A stretch of 64,000 nt of DNA from Myxococcota bacterium (GCA_036149055.1 JAYZQJ010000031.1:15661-79660); one strand, 5' to 3'. Counted from the stretch's first letter, positions 9,268 to 19,282 are shown. Program-made: numbers and translations. The notes: a model not told the origin generated them from the sequence alone.

Positions 9268-10575
9268 ATGCGACCCGCGCTCGTCGGCCTCCTCCTCGCG
9301 GGGTGCTACTGCTCGCACTCCGTCGAGCCCGACGACGCCGCGCCCCCGCCCGACGCCCCGGCGGAGGACGCCGCCCCGCCCGTCTTCGTCTCGGGCTGTG
9401 ACGATCCAGCCCTCTGGTCGGCGGCGCTGCCCGAGGTCGAGGCCTGGTTCAGCGTGGGCGGCGAGCCCTGCACGCCGCCTCAGTACCCGCTGCACGTGGC
9501 GCGCCTGTTTTGGGACGCCACCGAAGGACCGTCACCGGAAGCGATCTCCCGGACGTGCTGGCGGGTGACCGCGGCGGCGGAGGGCTCTGGCTGGCGGGTG
9601 GGCGACGTCGTGTCTGGCGGCGGAGTGTCCGGCGGCGGGTCCTCCGGCGATCCCGGTGGCCAGGTCGCGATCGTCGGGTTCGAGCGGCCGGTCCGCTTCG
9701 AGGGGCGGCTGATCGGCGCCGACGGTCGCGCCGTCGTCGCGGTCCGCGAGGCAGAGGTCGCGCTCGCCCCGCTGCGCCGCGTCGCCGAGAGCGCGGACGT
9801 GCGCGCGATCGTGAACGAGCGACTGTGGGCCACCGCCGACTCGATCGTGTCGAACGGTGAGCCCGAGCCGATCGGCCCCTTCGTGGACGTCACGGCGGCC
9901 CGCTGGCGCCTGTTCATCCTGCGGGGCGGCCCCGACGGCTGGACGCTCGACGCGGTCGGACGCGACGGGGCTGCGAGTGCCACGCCGCTCGGGGCGGCGG
10001 CCCGCGCGCGGCTCGCGCGCGGCGGGGCCGCGGTCGCGCTCGATGACGTCGTCTGGGCACGCCCCCTGGACGACGTGCACGAGGTCTCGCTGCCCGGGCC
10101 GCCCGACGAGCTGGTCGTCGTGTCCAGCAATGTGTGCGGAACCCTCGCGGACGGGGGTCTGTTCTGTCACTCGACCCGGGCGAGCGAGACCCGGGTGTCG
10201 TCCCGCGGCTCCGGCCGCCTCGTGCAAGGAGACGGGGCGCCCTACCTCTTCGACGGCGAGACGTTTCACGGGATCGCCTTCCCCGGGGACGCGCCCGACC
10301 TCGACCCGGCGCGCTCGTTTCGTCCGGCGGCGGCGGACCTCGCGGCGATCGGAGCGCCGATCGCGATCTACGACGGCGTCGTGATCGGGACCGAGGGCTT
10401 CCTCGACGCGCGCCCCGACGACGGACGCCCCGGGCCCCGGGTCGCTCTCCTGGACGACGTCATGGCCGCCGGCACGATCACCGCCTGGGGCGCCGACGAG
10501 GCGACCTACGCCGTGCGCCACGACGACGGCACGAGCGCGATCTACCGCGCGCCGTTCGAGAACTTCTGCGAGTAG
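9268..10575 (+). CDS. Hypothetical lipoprotein
   Basis: Lipobox LLAG-C; GC-biased third codon positions; no family recognised. Confidence 0.65.
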   Translation: MRPALVGLLLAGCYCSHSVEPDDAAPPPDAPAEDAAPPVFVSGCDDPALWSAALPEVEAWFSVGGEPCTPPQYPLHVARLFWDATEGPSPEAISRTCWRVTAAAEGSGWRVGDVVSGGGVSGGGSSGDPGGQVAIVGFERPVRFEGRLIGADGRAVVAVREAEVALAPLRRVAESADVRAIVNERLWATADSIVSNGEPEPIGPFVDVTAARWRLFILRGGPDGWTLDAVGRDGAASATPLGAAARARLARGGAAVALDDVVWARPLDDVHEVSLPGPPDELVVVSSNVCGTLADGGLFCHSTRASETRVSSRGSGRLVQGDGAPYLFDGETFHGIAFPGDAPDLDPARSFRPAAADLAAIGAPIAIYDGVVIGTEGFLDARPDDGRPGPRVALLDDVMAAGTITAWGADEATYAVRHDDGTSAIYRAPFENFCE

Positions 10576-10577
10576 GC

Positions 10578-11189
10578 CTACAGCTCGCGGAACATGATGT
10601 GGTGGTCGACGCGCTCGCCGCTCGGGAGACGGAAGCCCCCGGGCACGGTGCCGAGCACGCGGAAGCCGAGCGAGCGCCAGAGCCGCACGGCGGCGTGGTT
10701 GGTGCTGACCACGATGTTGAACTGCATCGCCGCGTAGCCGAGGGCCCGCGCCCGCTCGAGCGAGGCCTCCCCCATCGCGCGGCCCAGGCCCAGCCCCCGC
10801 CGGTCGCCGCGCACCGCGTAGCTCGCGTTGGCCACGTGAGCGCCGGGCCCCGGGTGGTTCGGTCGAAGGACGAACATCCCGACCACCTCCATCCCGACCT
10901 CCCCCTCCAGCAGCGCGTGATGGATCGGCGAGCGCGACGTCGCGTCCAGCGCGGCGGGCCGCGCGCAGTCATTTTCGCCGCGCGCTGCCAGCCGCGCCAC
11001 GAAGCCGTCGCCCCGCTCCGGCGGGCTCCAGTACGCCCAGAGCGCGTCGTCGGTGACGTCCGGGTCGTAGGCGTAGGTGTCGCCGCTCCGCACGAGGTCC
11101 CGCGCGATCGCCACCACCGCCTCGCGGTCTCCGGGCGCCGCCCGCCGGATCTCCGGCGCGGGCCGCCCGCTGTCGATGTCTTCGGTCAT
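10578..11189 (-). CDS. GNAT family N-acetyltransferase carrying a 27-aa in-frame insertion
   Basis: GDTYAY, HVANASY, acetyl-CoA motif RRGLGLGRAM, MQFNIVVSTN..AVRLWRSLGF. Confidence 0.9.
   Translation of the reverse strand: MTEDIDSGRPAPEIRRAAPGDREAVVAIARDLVRSGDTYAYDPDVTDDALWAYWSPPERGDGFVARLAARGENDCARPAALDATSRSPIHHALLEGEVGMEVVGMFVLRPNHPGPGAHVANASYAVRGDRRGLGLGRAMGEASLERARALGYAAMQFNIVVSTNHAAVRLWRSLGFRVLGTVPGGFRLPSGERVDHHIMFREL
10911..10987. mobile_element. Internally deleted MITE copy inside the GNAT gene
   Basis: ccag|cagcgcg...cgcgctg|ccag; body nearly identical to parts of 9063-9223. Confidence 0.75.
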
Positions 11190-11257
11190 GCGAGCAGCGA
11201 GCGTGGGGACGCCCCACCCGCGCGTCCAGCCCCGGTTCAGCGCCCCGCCCGCCCCTA

Positions 11258-11401
11258 CTCTGCGACTCTGCGCGAGACCAAGTCGCCACCGGAGCCTCCC
11301 CCAACGGAGAGGCAGTCAGCCGAGCGGTGGCGGGCGCCCGTCCCGCCGCCGCTCCGGCCCTTTGCGGCTAGGGGGCTGGCGCCTTGGCGCCTTTGCGAGA
11401 G
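11258..11401. repeat. Two degenerate octamer-triplet repeat units downstream of tssM
   Basis: ctctgcgactctgcgcgaga (11258) and ctggcgccttggcgcctttgcgagag (11376). Confidence 0.7.
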
Positions 11402-11419
11402 CCAATTCGCCGGCCGAAG

Positions 11420-14400
11420 TCACTGCCCCCGGCAGGTGGTGCGGCCGCTGACGATCTCGCGGGGCGGGTCGACCTGCGAGGCGCGGAGCGGCTGGAGGAA
11501 GACCGGGTTCCGCTCGCGGCCGGAGATGCCGAAGAACGGGGCGTCGCCGCGGACCGGGCGGATCTCGACGTGCACGTCGACCTGGTGATCGCGGAGGCGC
11601 CACGTCTGGGTGAAGACCCGGTTGCCGCGCGACTGCGAGGTGACCGTGCCCTGCTCGAGGAGGCGGTAGAGGCCCCACTCGCCCGTCTGCTCGAGGCGCT
11701 CGTGGATGCCGTCGGCGCCGCGGATCTCGAGCGTCGCGCCCGCCTCGGGGCTCTCGCCCGGCCAGGTGAAGCGGTGCCAGCGCTCGGGCCCGTTGTGGTA
11801 CTCGACGCACTCGCCGCCCACGCAGAGCTCCTGGGTCGCGACCCGCGGCGACGGCAGGATGCGCGCGTCGAACTGCACCTGCGGCTCCTCCGCGCCCGGC
11901 GGGAAGAAGACGTTCGAGATGTCGTTGGCCCGCTCGAGGTACTGCAGGAGCTGCCGACGGTAGGCGCGGCTCGAGTCCTGGCCGAGCGCGGTCGCGAAGA
12001 CGAAGTTGTCGCCCTCCTTCGGGATGCGCCGGTCGAGGACCTCGTCGTAGAAGGCCCAGAGCGTGCCGCCCTCGCGGTTGTAGAACGCCGCGAAGTCGGC
12101 GAGGGGGACGTCGTGACCGCTGGGGTTCAGGGGGTAGCCGCCCTCGATGTTCCGGTGGTACGGCATGAACACCTCGGTGCACCACGAGCGGCCCGCGCCC
12201 GACGCCTGGCTCATCGCCACGCTGTTCGCGGAGCCCTCGATCGGCGGCCAGAGCAGCGCCTCGAGGCGAGGCCGCCAGCCGATCTCCTGGCTCTCGATCA
12301 GCGAGCGCGTGCTGGTGCGCGCCGTCTGGAGCGCGGTCGTCAGCGCCTCCTCGGTGCCGTCCGGCGTGTCGAGGTGGGCCTGGAGCGCGTCGCGCACCGT
12401 GTCGAGCTGCTCCTCGTAGGTGCCGATCGGCAGCTCCGGCGGCGGCGGGGGCTCCTGGCCCTCGGCCGGCGGCTCGGGGGGCGGCACCGCGCCGAAGCGC
12501 GTGAAGCCCTCGAACGCGAGGTAGACGTGCTCGGGCGTGAGGTCGTCGTCGTCCTCGTTCTCCGCGCCGGGCCCGGTCTGGCCCTGGAGGATGCGCGCGA
12601 TCGTCTGACCACCGCGGACGCGGCGGACCCGACGCCAGAACGCGCTCCACGCCGTCTCCTCGACCACGTTGGAGTCGTCGTCGCCCTCGTCCTCCTGGCC
12701 CGGCACCGGCAGCGTCGTGTTGTAGAGCGTCTGCTGGAACAGGCGGCGGTAGGGCTCGGGGTCGCCGCGGGTGAGGTCGCGCAGCGACGCGAGCGTCTGC
12801 ACGTTGCCCTGCGGCGGCACGACGCGCACCGAGCGGAGGAAGTTCTGCCACTCCTCGATGTACGCCCGGAAGTACTGGTTGCGGAGCTGGCGGAGGTCCT
12901 CCTCGCGCTGCTCCACGTCCTCGGCCGCGCGCATGCCCTCCTGCCCGAGCACCCACGGCTCGCCGAAGACGTTGCCGTCCTCGCCGTCGAGCATCTCGCG
13001 CACCCGGGTGTCCCAGGCGCGGCGGGTGAAGGCGCCGCGCACCAGCCCGTCCGACTGCATCGGCCGGACCGTGTTCCCGACGAGCGCGTCGAGGTTCAGG
13101 TCGTAGCCCATCGGCTCGATCTGCTGGATGATCCGCTCGAGGGCCATGTCGGTCATCGACACCCGGGTGAGCGCCCGGCGCGTGCGGGTGACCGCGTCGT
13201 CGTCGCGCGGGAAGCGCAGCGACTCGTCCGGCTGCACCGAGGTCGGATCGTCGGCGATCCGCTCGTCCTCGTCGGCGAGCAGGCTCGTGAAGAGCTCGGC
13301 CTGGCGGCGCATCTCCGCCTCCTCGCCCTCGTCGACCTCCTCCTCGCCGCCCGCGGCCTCGAACCACTCGCGCGCGATGCGGTTCGTGAGCCACTCCGCC
13401 GCGTCGTCGTCCTCGTCGAGGCTGGGCTCGCCCTCGATCGTCGGGCGCGACACCAGCAGGTGCATCTTCAGACGGTCGTACATGTCCGAGTGCTCGGCGC
13501 CGGTCGGCATCGCCTCGCGCAGCACCTCGTAGCGACGGCCGAAGTCGTCCATCGCCGACTCGTCCGCGGACACGATCGGGCCCACCACCTCGCTGCGGAG
13601 CAGGTGCGTGTAGTAGTCGCCGAGCGGGTCGAGCACGTCGTCCTGGTACATGCCCATCCGCATCAGGATCGGCGCGCCGTTCGAGTCGTACTCGCGGAGC
13701 TGCTCGATGCGCTCGCGCAGCGGCTGGAGCTCGCCCGGCTCGAGCGGCCCGCGCTCCTCTGCCGCCTCCGCCGTGCGATCGACGTCGTCGCGGATGTCGT
13801 TCAAGAACCCGCGGCTGTTGGCCCACGCGATGGCCGGGAAGATCGTCAGCAGCAGCGCGGTGGCGAAGATCACGCCCGCCGCGATGAACTGGTTGCGCTT
13901 CTCCCGCGCGATCGCGGCGTCGCTCCGGGACGCGACGTCGGCGTCCGGGAAGACGACGTTCAGGAACACGTCGCGGAGGAAGTAGCTCTTCGACTCCTTG
14001 ACCGGCTCGCCGAGGTTGACCTCGCTGCGGATGCCGAAGGCCTCGGCCATCTTGTGCATCACGCGGTCGATCGGCCGCCCCTCCTGGGTGCCGCTCGAGA
14101 AGTAGGCGCCGCGAAACGCGGGGGTCTCGCCGTAGACGCTCGACTCGAAGAGCTGCGAGACCAGGGACGTGCAGTTGCGGCGGAGGGAGGCGAGCTGCTG
14201 CGGGAAGGAGTGGATCAGCTCCCGCGTCTCGATCTTCCGCTCCTCGCTCATGCGCTTCATCGCGCGCTTCTCGACGATGGTCGACAGCTCGTCGAAGCGC
14301 TCCTGGAAGTGCAGCCCCGGATCGGGCGGCGCGTCGGCGAGGGGCACGGTGAAGCCCCAGACCTGGCCGCGCTCCTGCTTCGACAGATCCCCGAAGGTCT

Positions 14401-15172
14401 CGACGAAGCCGGGCACGAGGTCCGACTTGGTGAAGAGCACGTAGACCGGCAGCGACATCTGGAGGCGGCTCTGCACCTCGTCGATCCGCTCGCGCATGCG
14501 GCGCGCGAGGGCCGAGACCTCCTCGTCGTGCGCGCCGCCGAGCTGGTCGAGCGGCACCGCGGCGATGATCCCGTTGAGGGGCTTCTTCGGCCGGAACTTC
14601 TTGATGAGGTCGAGGAAGCCGAGCCACTCGTCGCGGTCCTCTTCTTCCGTCGTCCAGCGGCCCGCCGTGTCGAGCAGCACCGCCTCGTTGGTCAGCCACC
14701 AGTCGCAGTTGCGGGTGCCGCCGACGCCGCGCACGCCCCCGCCCGAGGTGGACATGTAGGGGAACTGCAGGCCGGAGTTGCGGAGCGCGGTCGTCTTGCC
14801 GGCGCCGGGCGGGCCGACGATGAGCTGCCAGGGCAGCGCGTACAGCGCGTTCTCACCGCCGCGCGCGAGCTTGCTGCTCTTGAGCGCGCCGATGGCCTTC
14901 TGGAACTCCTGCTGCATCTGCAGGATCTCGGCCTGCATGTCGGGCCGAGCGCTCCGGGCCTGCTCGGCTGCCTGAGCGGCGAGCGCCTTCTCGAGCTCTC
15001 GCGCGGCGCGACGCGCCCGGATCTTCCGGGCGATCACGATCGCGACGAGCACGGCGACGGCGAGCACGGTGACGCCGAGCGGGACCCACCAGAACGGCTC
15101 CATCCCGGGGATGAAGAGCCAGGCGGCCCACGCCAGGACGACGACGATGGCGGCTACGATGTACTTGAGCAT
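11420..15172 (-). CDS. tssM: T6SS membrane complex subunit TssM/IcmF
   Basis: N-terminal TMs, LYALPWQLIVGPPGAGKTT, RNCDWW, LLDTAGRW, RGAYFSSGTQEG, SYFLRDVF, GEWGLYRLL. Confidence 0.96.
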   Translation of the reverse strand: MLKYIVAAIVVVLAWAAWLFIPGMEPFWWVPLGVTVLAVAVLVAIVIARKIRARRAARELEKALAAQAAEQARSARPDMQAEILQMQQEFQKAIGALKSSKLARGGENALYALPWQLIVGPPGAGKTTALRNSGLQFPYMSTSGGGVRGVGGTRNCDWWLTNEAVLLDTAGRWTTEEEDRDEWLGFLDLIKKFRPKKPLNGIIAAVPLDQLGGAHDEEVSALARRMRERIDEVQSRLQMSLPVYVLFTKSDLVPGFVETFGDLSKQERGQVWGFTVPLADAPPDPGLHFQERFDELSTIVEKRAMKRMSEERKIETRELIHSFPQQLASLRRNCTSLVSQLFESSVYGETPAFRGAYFSSGTQEGRPIDRVMHKMAEAFGIRSEVNLGEPVKESKSYFLRDVFLNVVFPDADVASRSDAAIAREKRNQFIAAGVIFATALLLTIFPAIAWANSRGFLNDIRDDVDRTAEAAEERGPLEPGELQPLRERIEQLREYDSNGAPILMRMGMYQDDVLDPLGDYYTHLLRSEVVGPIVSADESAMDDFGRRYEVLREAMPTGAEHSDMYDRLKMHLLVSRPTIEGEPSLDEDDDAAEWLTNRIAREWFEAAGGEEEVDEGEEAEMRRQAELFTSLLADEDERIADDPTSVQPDESLRFPRDDDAVTRTRRALTRVSMTDMALERIIQQIEPMGYDLNLDALVGNTVRPMQSDGLVRGAFTRRAWDTRVREMLDGEDGNVFGEPWVLGQEGMRAAEDVEQREEDLRQLRNQYFRAYIEEWQNFLRSVRVVPPQGNVQTLASLRDLTRGDPEPYRRLFQQTLYNTTLPVPGQEDEGDDDSNVVEETAWSAFWRRVRRVRGGQTIARILQGQTGPGAENEDDDDLTPEHVYLAFEGFTRFGAVPPPEPPAEGQEPPPPPELPIGTYEEQLDTVRDALQAHLDTPDGTEEALTTALQTARTSTRSLIESQEIGWRPRLEALLWPPIEGSANSVAMSQASGAGRSWCTEVFMPYHRNIEGGYPLNPSGHDVPLADFAAFYNREGGTLWAFYDEVLDRRIPKEGDNFVFATALGQDSSRAYRRQLLQYLERANDISNVFFPPGAEEPQVQFDARILPSPRVATQELCVGGECVEYHNGPERWHRFTWPGESPEAGATLEIRGADGIHERLEQTGEWGLYRLLEQGTVTSQSRGNRVFTQTWRLRDHQVDVHVEIRPVRGDAPFFGISGRERNPVFLQPLRASQVDPPREIVSGRTTCRGQ

Positions 15173-15201
15173 TGGAGTTCAGATCCCCCCGAGCGCACGC
15201 C

Positions 15202-15885
15202 TCACGGCTGGCTCGACGCCTGCGTCTGCTGGATGTGCTCGACGAGATCGTCGGCCTGATTGGAGACGCTCCACTGGAGGCCGAAGTAGATGCCGAGCGA
15301 CACCACCACCGCCGCGACGCTGATCCAGACCAGCGGCATGTGGCTGCGGACGCCCCCCAGGCTCTCCTGCGGCCGCGCCGCGTGCGGCGCGAGGTTCGTC
15401 TCTCCGATCATTCCGGCGCGCTGCAGGTCCGTCCCGACCGACTCCACGATCGAGGCGAGCTCGATCTCGCCGCCCCGGACGCGGTACTGCCCCTGGAATC
15501 CGAAGAGGAGACACAGGTAGTAGACCTTGAGCACTTCCATGCGCGAACGATCTTGCCTGAGGGTCTGCAGTTTCTGAAAGAAACCTTCACCCGCGACGTT
15601 CGTGTTGAACAGTTGCAGCTGGAGCGAGCGCGGCAGCCAGTAGTCGCGCAGCTCCCCGCCCTTGCTCATGACGAGCTCGTCGGTGAGCGCGACCAGGGCG
15701 TAGCCGATGTCCTGGACGTCCTGCTGCGCGAAGCCCAGCTCGCTCGCGCGACGCATCGCGCGATCCACGAAGGATCGCATGCGCTGATAGAGCATCTCCG
15801 GCATCGGCTGCGAGCGCTCGTCGGCGCGGCGGATCTGCGCGAGCGCGTTGAAGACTTCCTTCGTGACCTCGTTGACGCGGTCCAT
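15202..15885 (-). CDS. tssL: T6SS TssL/DotU (no OmpA domain)
   Basis: YALVALTDE, SLQLQLF..AGEGFF, VYYLCLLFGFQGQY, C-terminal TM. Confidence 0.95.
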   Translation of the reverse strand: MDRVNEVTKEVFNALAQIRRADERSQPMPEMLYQRMRSFVDRAMRRASELGFAQQDVQDIGYALVALTDELVMSKGGELRDYWLPRSLQLQLFNTNVAGEGFFQKLQTLRQDRSRMEVLKVYYLCLLFGFQGQYRVRGGEIELASIVESVGTDLQRAGMIGETNLAPHAARPQESLGGVRSHMPLVWISVAAVVVSLGIYFGLQWSVSNQADDLVEHIQQTQASSQP

Positions 15886-15899
15886 GGCTCAGCCCCTCC

Positions 15900-17258
15900 T
15901 CAGCCCTTCCGGGGGATCCCCAGGAGCTCGACCTTGGTCTGCTGCGGGTCGAACGGTCTGGGTAGATAAACGGCGATCTGTCGATCGGTGACGACGTTGC
16001 GCCAGTAGTTGTTCTCCGTCGAGACGACGAAGTAGACGACCCCGGCCTTGACCGGGATCTCCGGCGGCGGGCGGTAGGTGACCTCGACCGCGGCGCCCGG
16101 CGTGGCGGCGCTCAGGATCGAGTTGATGTCGCCCCACGACGCCATCTTGCAGAGCATCGGGAGCTTCTGCGCGATCTCCTGCTCGCCGATCGGCGCGCGC
16201 ACCCCGACGAGGTACTTCGCGCAGCCGATGATGCGGTCGTCGGTCATCTGGCCGAGGTACATCCCGTCCTCGCGGCCATCGAGCATCATGGAGACGTAGT
16301 GCTCCTTGACGGTGGCCTGGAGCAGCTCGGTGATGCGCGCGAAGAGCGGCTCGAAGGTGCTCCGGAGGTCGTTGTAGTTGAACTTGGGCAGCGCGGCGGG
16401 GTCGAAGTCCGCGCTGAACGTCGCGAGCTGACCCGCGAGCGAGAGCATCCACATGTAGGCCGTACGCGGCGGGACCTCGGGCATGTCCACGAGGTGGTTG
16501 AGCACCGGCATGAACGTGTTGATGGCGTTCAGCAGGAGGAACCGCGTGACGTCGCCGGCGTTGTACTCGACCGTCGCGTCGCCGCGCTCGCGCGCCGCCT
16601 CGGCGAGGGACCGGCGCCGGGTGCTCATCAGCCGCAGGAGCCGCCGCATCCCCGCGAGCACGAACGGCGACGCCTCGATGCGCAGGCACGGCGGGATGTA
16701 CGGCTCGTTGACGGTGAGGTTCCCGGACGCGTCGCGGGTGACCTCGGCGATCTTGAGCGCCTCGAAGTCGTCCTTGGGCTCGCTCCCGAAGAGGATCTGC
16801 AGGTTGCGCTGCGCGAAGCCGACCTCGAGGCTCTGCCCCTCGCCCGTCAGGTCGGGCACGGACTTGTTCGCGATGCGGAAGCGCGAGCGGCCGGCTCCGT
16901 TCTGCGCGTAGTTCGCGACGCCGTCCCGCTCGCGGGGCACCGCGGCGTAGATCTCGAGCACGTTCTGCGTGTGCGGGAAGTGCCCCTCGACCGGGCGCGA
17001 GGCGGGCAGCTCCGGGTCGCCGGAGTCGCAGTCGATCACCAGCCCGTCCGGCAGCACGCAGGTCAGCGCCTCGATGCGCACCTGACCGCTCTCGAGGGCC
17101 CGGCGATCCACCTCCACGCGGACCACGCCCCAGTTGAGCGGCTCGAGCGCGTCGAGTCGGGAGCTCGTGAAGACCTCGTGATAGAGGTCCTGCTGCTGCA
17201 TGTGCTGGGGGCTCATCAGGAGCCCCTCGGACCACACTACTCTCAGCGGCGTCTTCAT
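15900..17258 (-). CDS. tssK: T6SS baseplate subunit TssK
   Basis: VVWSEGLLMSPQHMQQQD, YIPPCL, PPEIPVKAG; ATG at 17258 chosen over TTG at 17264. Confidence 0.95.
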   Translation of the reverse strand: MKTPLRVVWSEGLLMSPQHMQQQDLYHEVFTSSRLDALEPLNWGVVRVEVDRRALESGQVRIEALTCVLPDGLVIDCDSGDPELPASRPVEGHFPHTQNVLEIYAAVPRERDGVANYAQNGAGRSRFRIANKSVPDLTGEGQSLEVGFAQRNLQILFGSEPKDDFEALKIAEVTRDASGNLTVNEPYIPPCLRIEASPFVLAGMRRLLRLMSTRRRSLAEAARERGDATVEYNAGDVTRFLLLNAINTFMPVLNHLVDMPEVPPRTAYMWMLSLAGQLATFSADFDPAALPKFNYNDLRSTFEPLFARITELLQATVKEHYVSMMLDGREDGMYLGQMTDDRIIGCAKYLVGVRAPIGEQEIAQKLPMLCKMASWGDINSILSAATPGAAVEVTYRPPPEIPVKAGVVYFVVSTENNYWRNVVTDRQIAVYLPRPFDPQQTKVELLGIPRKG

Positions 17259-17304
17259 CGTCAATGCCTCGATCGGGTTCGTCGTTCGGGGGGACGGTAC
17301 GCGA

Positions 17305-18006
17305 TCAGGGCGCCGGAGCCGAGGGCGTTTCCGCGCTCGGGACGTCCGGCTGCGGAGCCTCGGGGGTTTCGGGGGTCTCGGGCGCCTCGACGCCGGACGC
17401 CTGCTCCTCGGCGGCGCGCTCGGCCGCGCAGATCGGGTCGTTCGGGTCGCACGGGGGCGGCGGGTACTCGAGCCGGACCGCGCCCTCGATCTGGTAGTCG
17501 TCCAGCTCGAACGCGAGATACACGTTCGGCGGCTCCGGCGGCGCCTCCTCCGGGTTCTCCTGCAGCGCGGCGCACTGCGCCTCCTGCTGCGGCGGCGGCA
17601 GCTCGAGGATGGTGCGCCACGAGACGCCCGTCGGGCGGCGGACCACGGCCATGCCGACGATGTAGTTGGCCTCGGGGTTCCGCTCGAACTGCCGGTTCAG
17701 GGTGGTGTCCGGGTAGACGGTCAGCTCGTCCTTGCCGAGCAGGGCGTCACCGAGGATGTCCTCGTCGGTGTTCCAGATCTCCTCGAAGGTCGCGGTCTCC
17801 ATCGCTCCGATGTTCGCGAGCTGGTAGATGCGCACGATCGTGGGCAGCGGCCTGCCGTCGGTGTCCGGGTTGGCCCGGTCGGTGGCCACGATGCGCAGGT
17901 TCGCGTTCTCCTGTGCATCACAGGCCGGCCGCGCCTGGTTGCCGTTGCAGCCGAGGAGGAGGGCCATCCCCAGCAGGGCGGCTCGCGTCGTAGTGGGCTT
18001 GATCAT
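17305..18006 (-). CDS. tssJ: T6SS outer-membrane lipoprotein TssJ
   Basis: Lipobox LLLG-C, ANPDTDGRPLPTIVRIYQL, upstream of tssK; start moved to the ATG at 18006. Confidence 0.9.
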   Translation of the reverse strand: MIKPTTTRAALLGMALLLGCNGNQARPACDAQENANLRIVATDRANPDTDGRPLPTIVRIYQLANIGAMETATFEEIWNTDEDILGDALLGKDELTVYPDTTLNRQFERNPEANYIVGMAVVRRPTGVSWRTILELPPPQQEAQCAALQENPEEAPPEPPNVYLAFELDDYQIEGAVRLEYPPPPCDPNDPICAAERAAEEQASGVEAPETPETPEAPQPDVPSAETPSAPAP

Positions 18007-18135
18007 GTCGGCGTCGCCTCGCGCGGAGGTCATCGCCCCCGCCCAGAAATCGTTTCGCGTCGAAGCGTGCCCGATGCGCCGCCGACTGGGCAACAGAGTG
18101 ACGAACTCCCGTGACGTCCCCGAACCCGGTCCCCG

Positions 18136-18183
18136 AAAAAAAATCGAATCCGGGGTTTGACACGACCGAGAAATGGTTATCGT
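18136..18183 (+). promoter_or_regulatory. Possible sigma70-type promoter for hcp
   Basis: A-tract, perfect TTGACA (18157-18162) and TATCGT (18178-18183); the 15-nt spacer is sub-optimal. Confidence 0.3.
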
Positions 18184-18248
18184 CGGTTCTCGGCGGGGGG
18201 GACATGGGGTTTCACCCGCTCCGAACAAAGGAAACAGGGAGAAACATC

Positions 18249-18749
18249 ATGGCCTTCAACGCGTACGGTGAGTTCCAGATCAACGGTGCGGCCCTCGACG
18301 GTGATAGTACGATGAACGAGATCGGGGGGGTCGACGTCTCCTCGAATCATGTCGAGTGCTACCAGGTGAACTGGGGCACGATGATCGGTCACGAGCGGCA
18401 GGCTTCGCGGAGCGCGGCGCACCGCACCTGCCTCCCGCTCGTCTTCGAGCAGCGCCTCGATGCGACGGTCCCGATGTGGCACCAGGCGCTGACCGAGAAC
18501 CAGACGGTCACGGGCACGCTCCGCATCTTCGACACCAACCCCGAGGACGGCGCGACCCGCGAGCGCTTCAACATCATCATCGAGGGCGGCCGCGTCATCT
18601 CGATCGAGGGTGAGAGCCCCGACGCGTTCGACGCCGACCAGTCGAACCGTCCGGTGTACGTCCGCGTCAAGCTGACCTACCACACCATCACCTACACCGA
18701 CCTCATCGACAGCAAGGAGTACCAGGACAACTGGTCCACCGCGGTCTGA
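18249..18749 (+). CDS. hcp: T6SS tube protein Hcp/TssD (divergent)
   Basis: 166 aa; MAFNAY..GDS, PLVFEQRLDATVP, VKLTYHTITY, YQDNW; first gene of the baseplate arm. Confidence 0.85.
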   Translation: MAFNAYGEFQINGAALDGDSTMNEIGGVDVSSNHVECYQVNWGTMIGHERQASRSAAHRTCLPLVFEQRLDATVPMWHQALTENQTVTGTLRIFDTNPEDGATRERFNIIIEGGRVISIEGESPDAFDADQSNRPVYVRVKLTYHTITYTDLIDSKEYQDNWSTAV

Positions 18750-18767
18750 GGTCAGCCGAACCATGAG

Positions 18768-18804
18768 AAGCGCCGGGCTCCTTCGAGCCCGGCGCTTTCT
18801 TTTT
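18768..18804 (+). terminator. Rho-independent terminator after hcp
   Basis: aagcgccgggctc-cttc-gagcccggcgctt followed by tcttttt. Confidence 0.85.
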
Positions 18805-18831
18805 GCGCCCCCCCGAAGGTACGCTTCGCTC

Positions 18832-19209
18832 ATGTCCAGCCGAGGGCTGCTCTCGCGCCTGTCCACCGGTTCGCGCCGGGCCGACGTGGTCTCGTCGGTG
18901 GTCGACCACCTGCGCGACATGCTGAACACGCGTCAGGGGGACTCCGTCACCGTGCCCGACTACGGGCTCGTCGACTTCTCCGACGTCTGCCACAACATGC
19001 CGGAGGCGATCGGCGCCATCCAGCAGTCCATCCGCGCCACGATCCTGAAGTACGAGCCGCGGCTCAAGAACGTCAGCGTCCGCTTCGTCCCCGGGGACGA
19101 TCCGCTGACCGTCCGCTTCGAGGTGGTCGCCCGCCTGGCCGACGCGCGCCGGAGCGTGGTCCGGCTCCGCACCGCCCTGACGGCCGGCGGTCACATGGAC
19201 ATCGAGTAA
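18832..19209 (+). CDS. tssE: T6SS baseplate subunit TssE (gp25-like)
   Basis: LLSRL, HLRDMLNTRQG, PDYGL, ILKYEPRL. Confidence 0.93.
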   Translation: MSSRGLLSRLSTGSRRADVVSSVVDHLRDMLNTRQGDSVTVPDYGLVDFSDVCHNMPEAIGAIQQSIRATILKYEPRLKNVSVRFVPGDDPLTVRFEVVARLADARRSVVRLRTALTAGGHMDIE

Positions 19210-19282
19210 CGGCGCTTTCCTCTCGCGGCCGGGCGGTTTACTCTCGGCGCTCCGCAGGAGCAGCCAGAGGGAGCGGGGCGGC

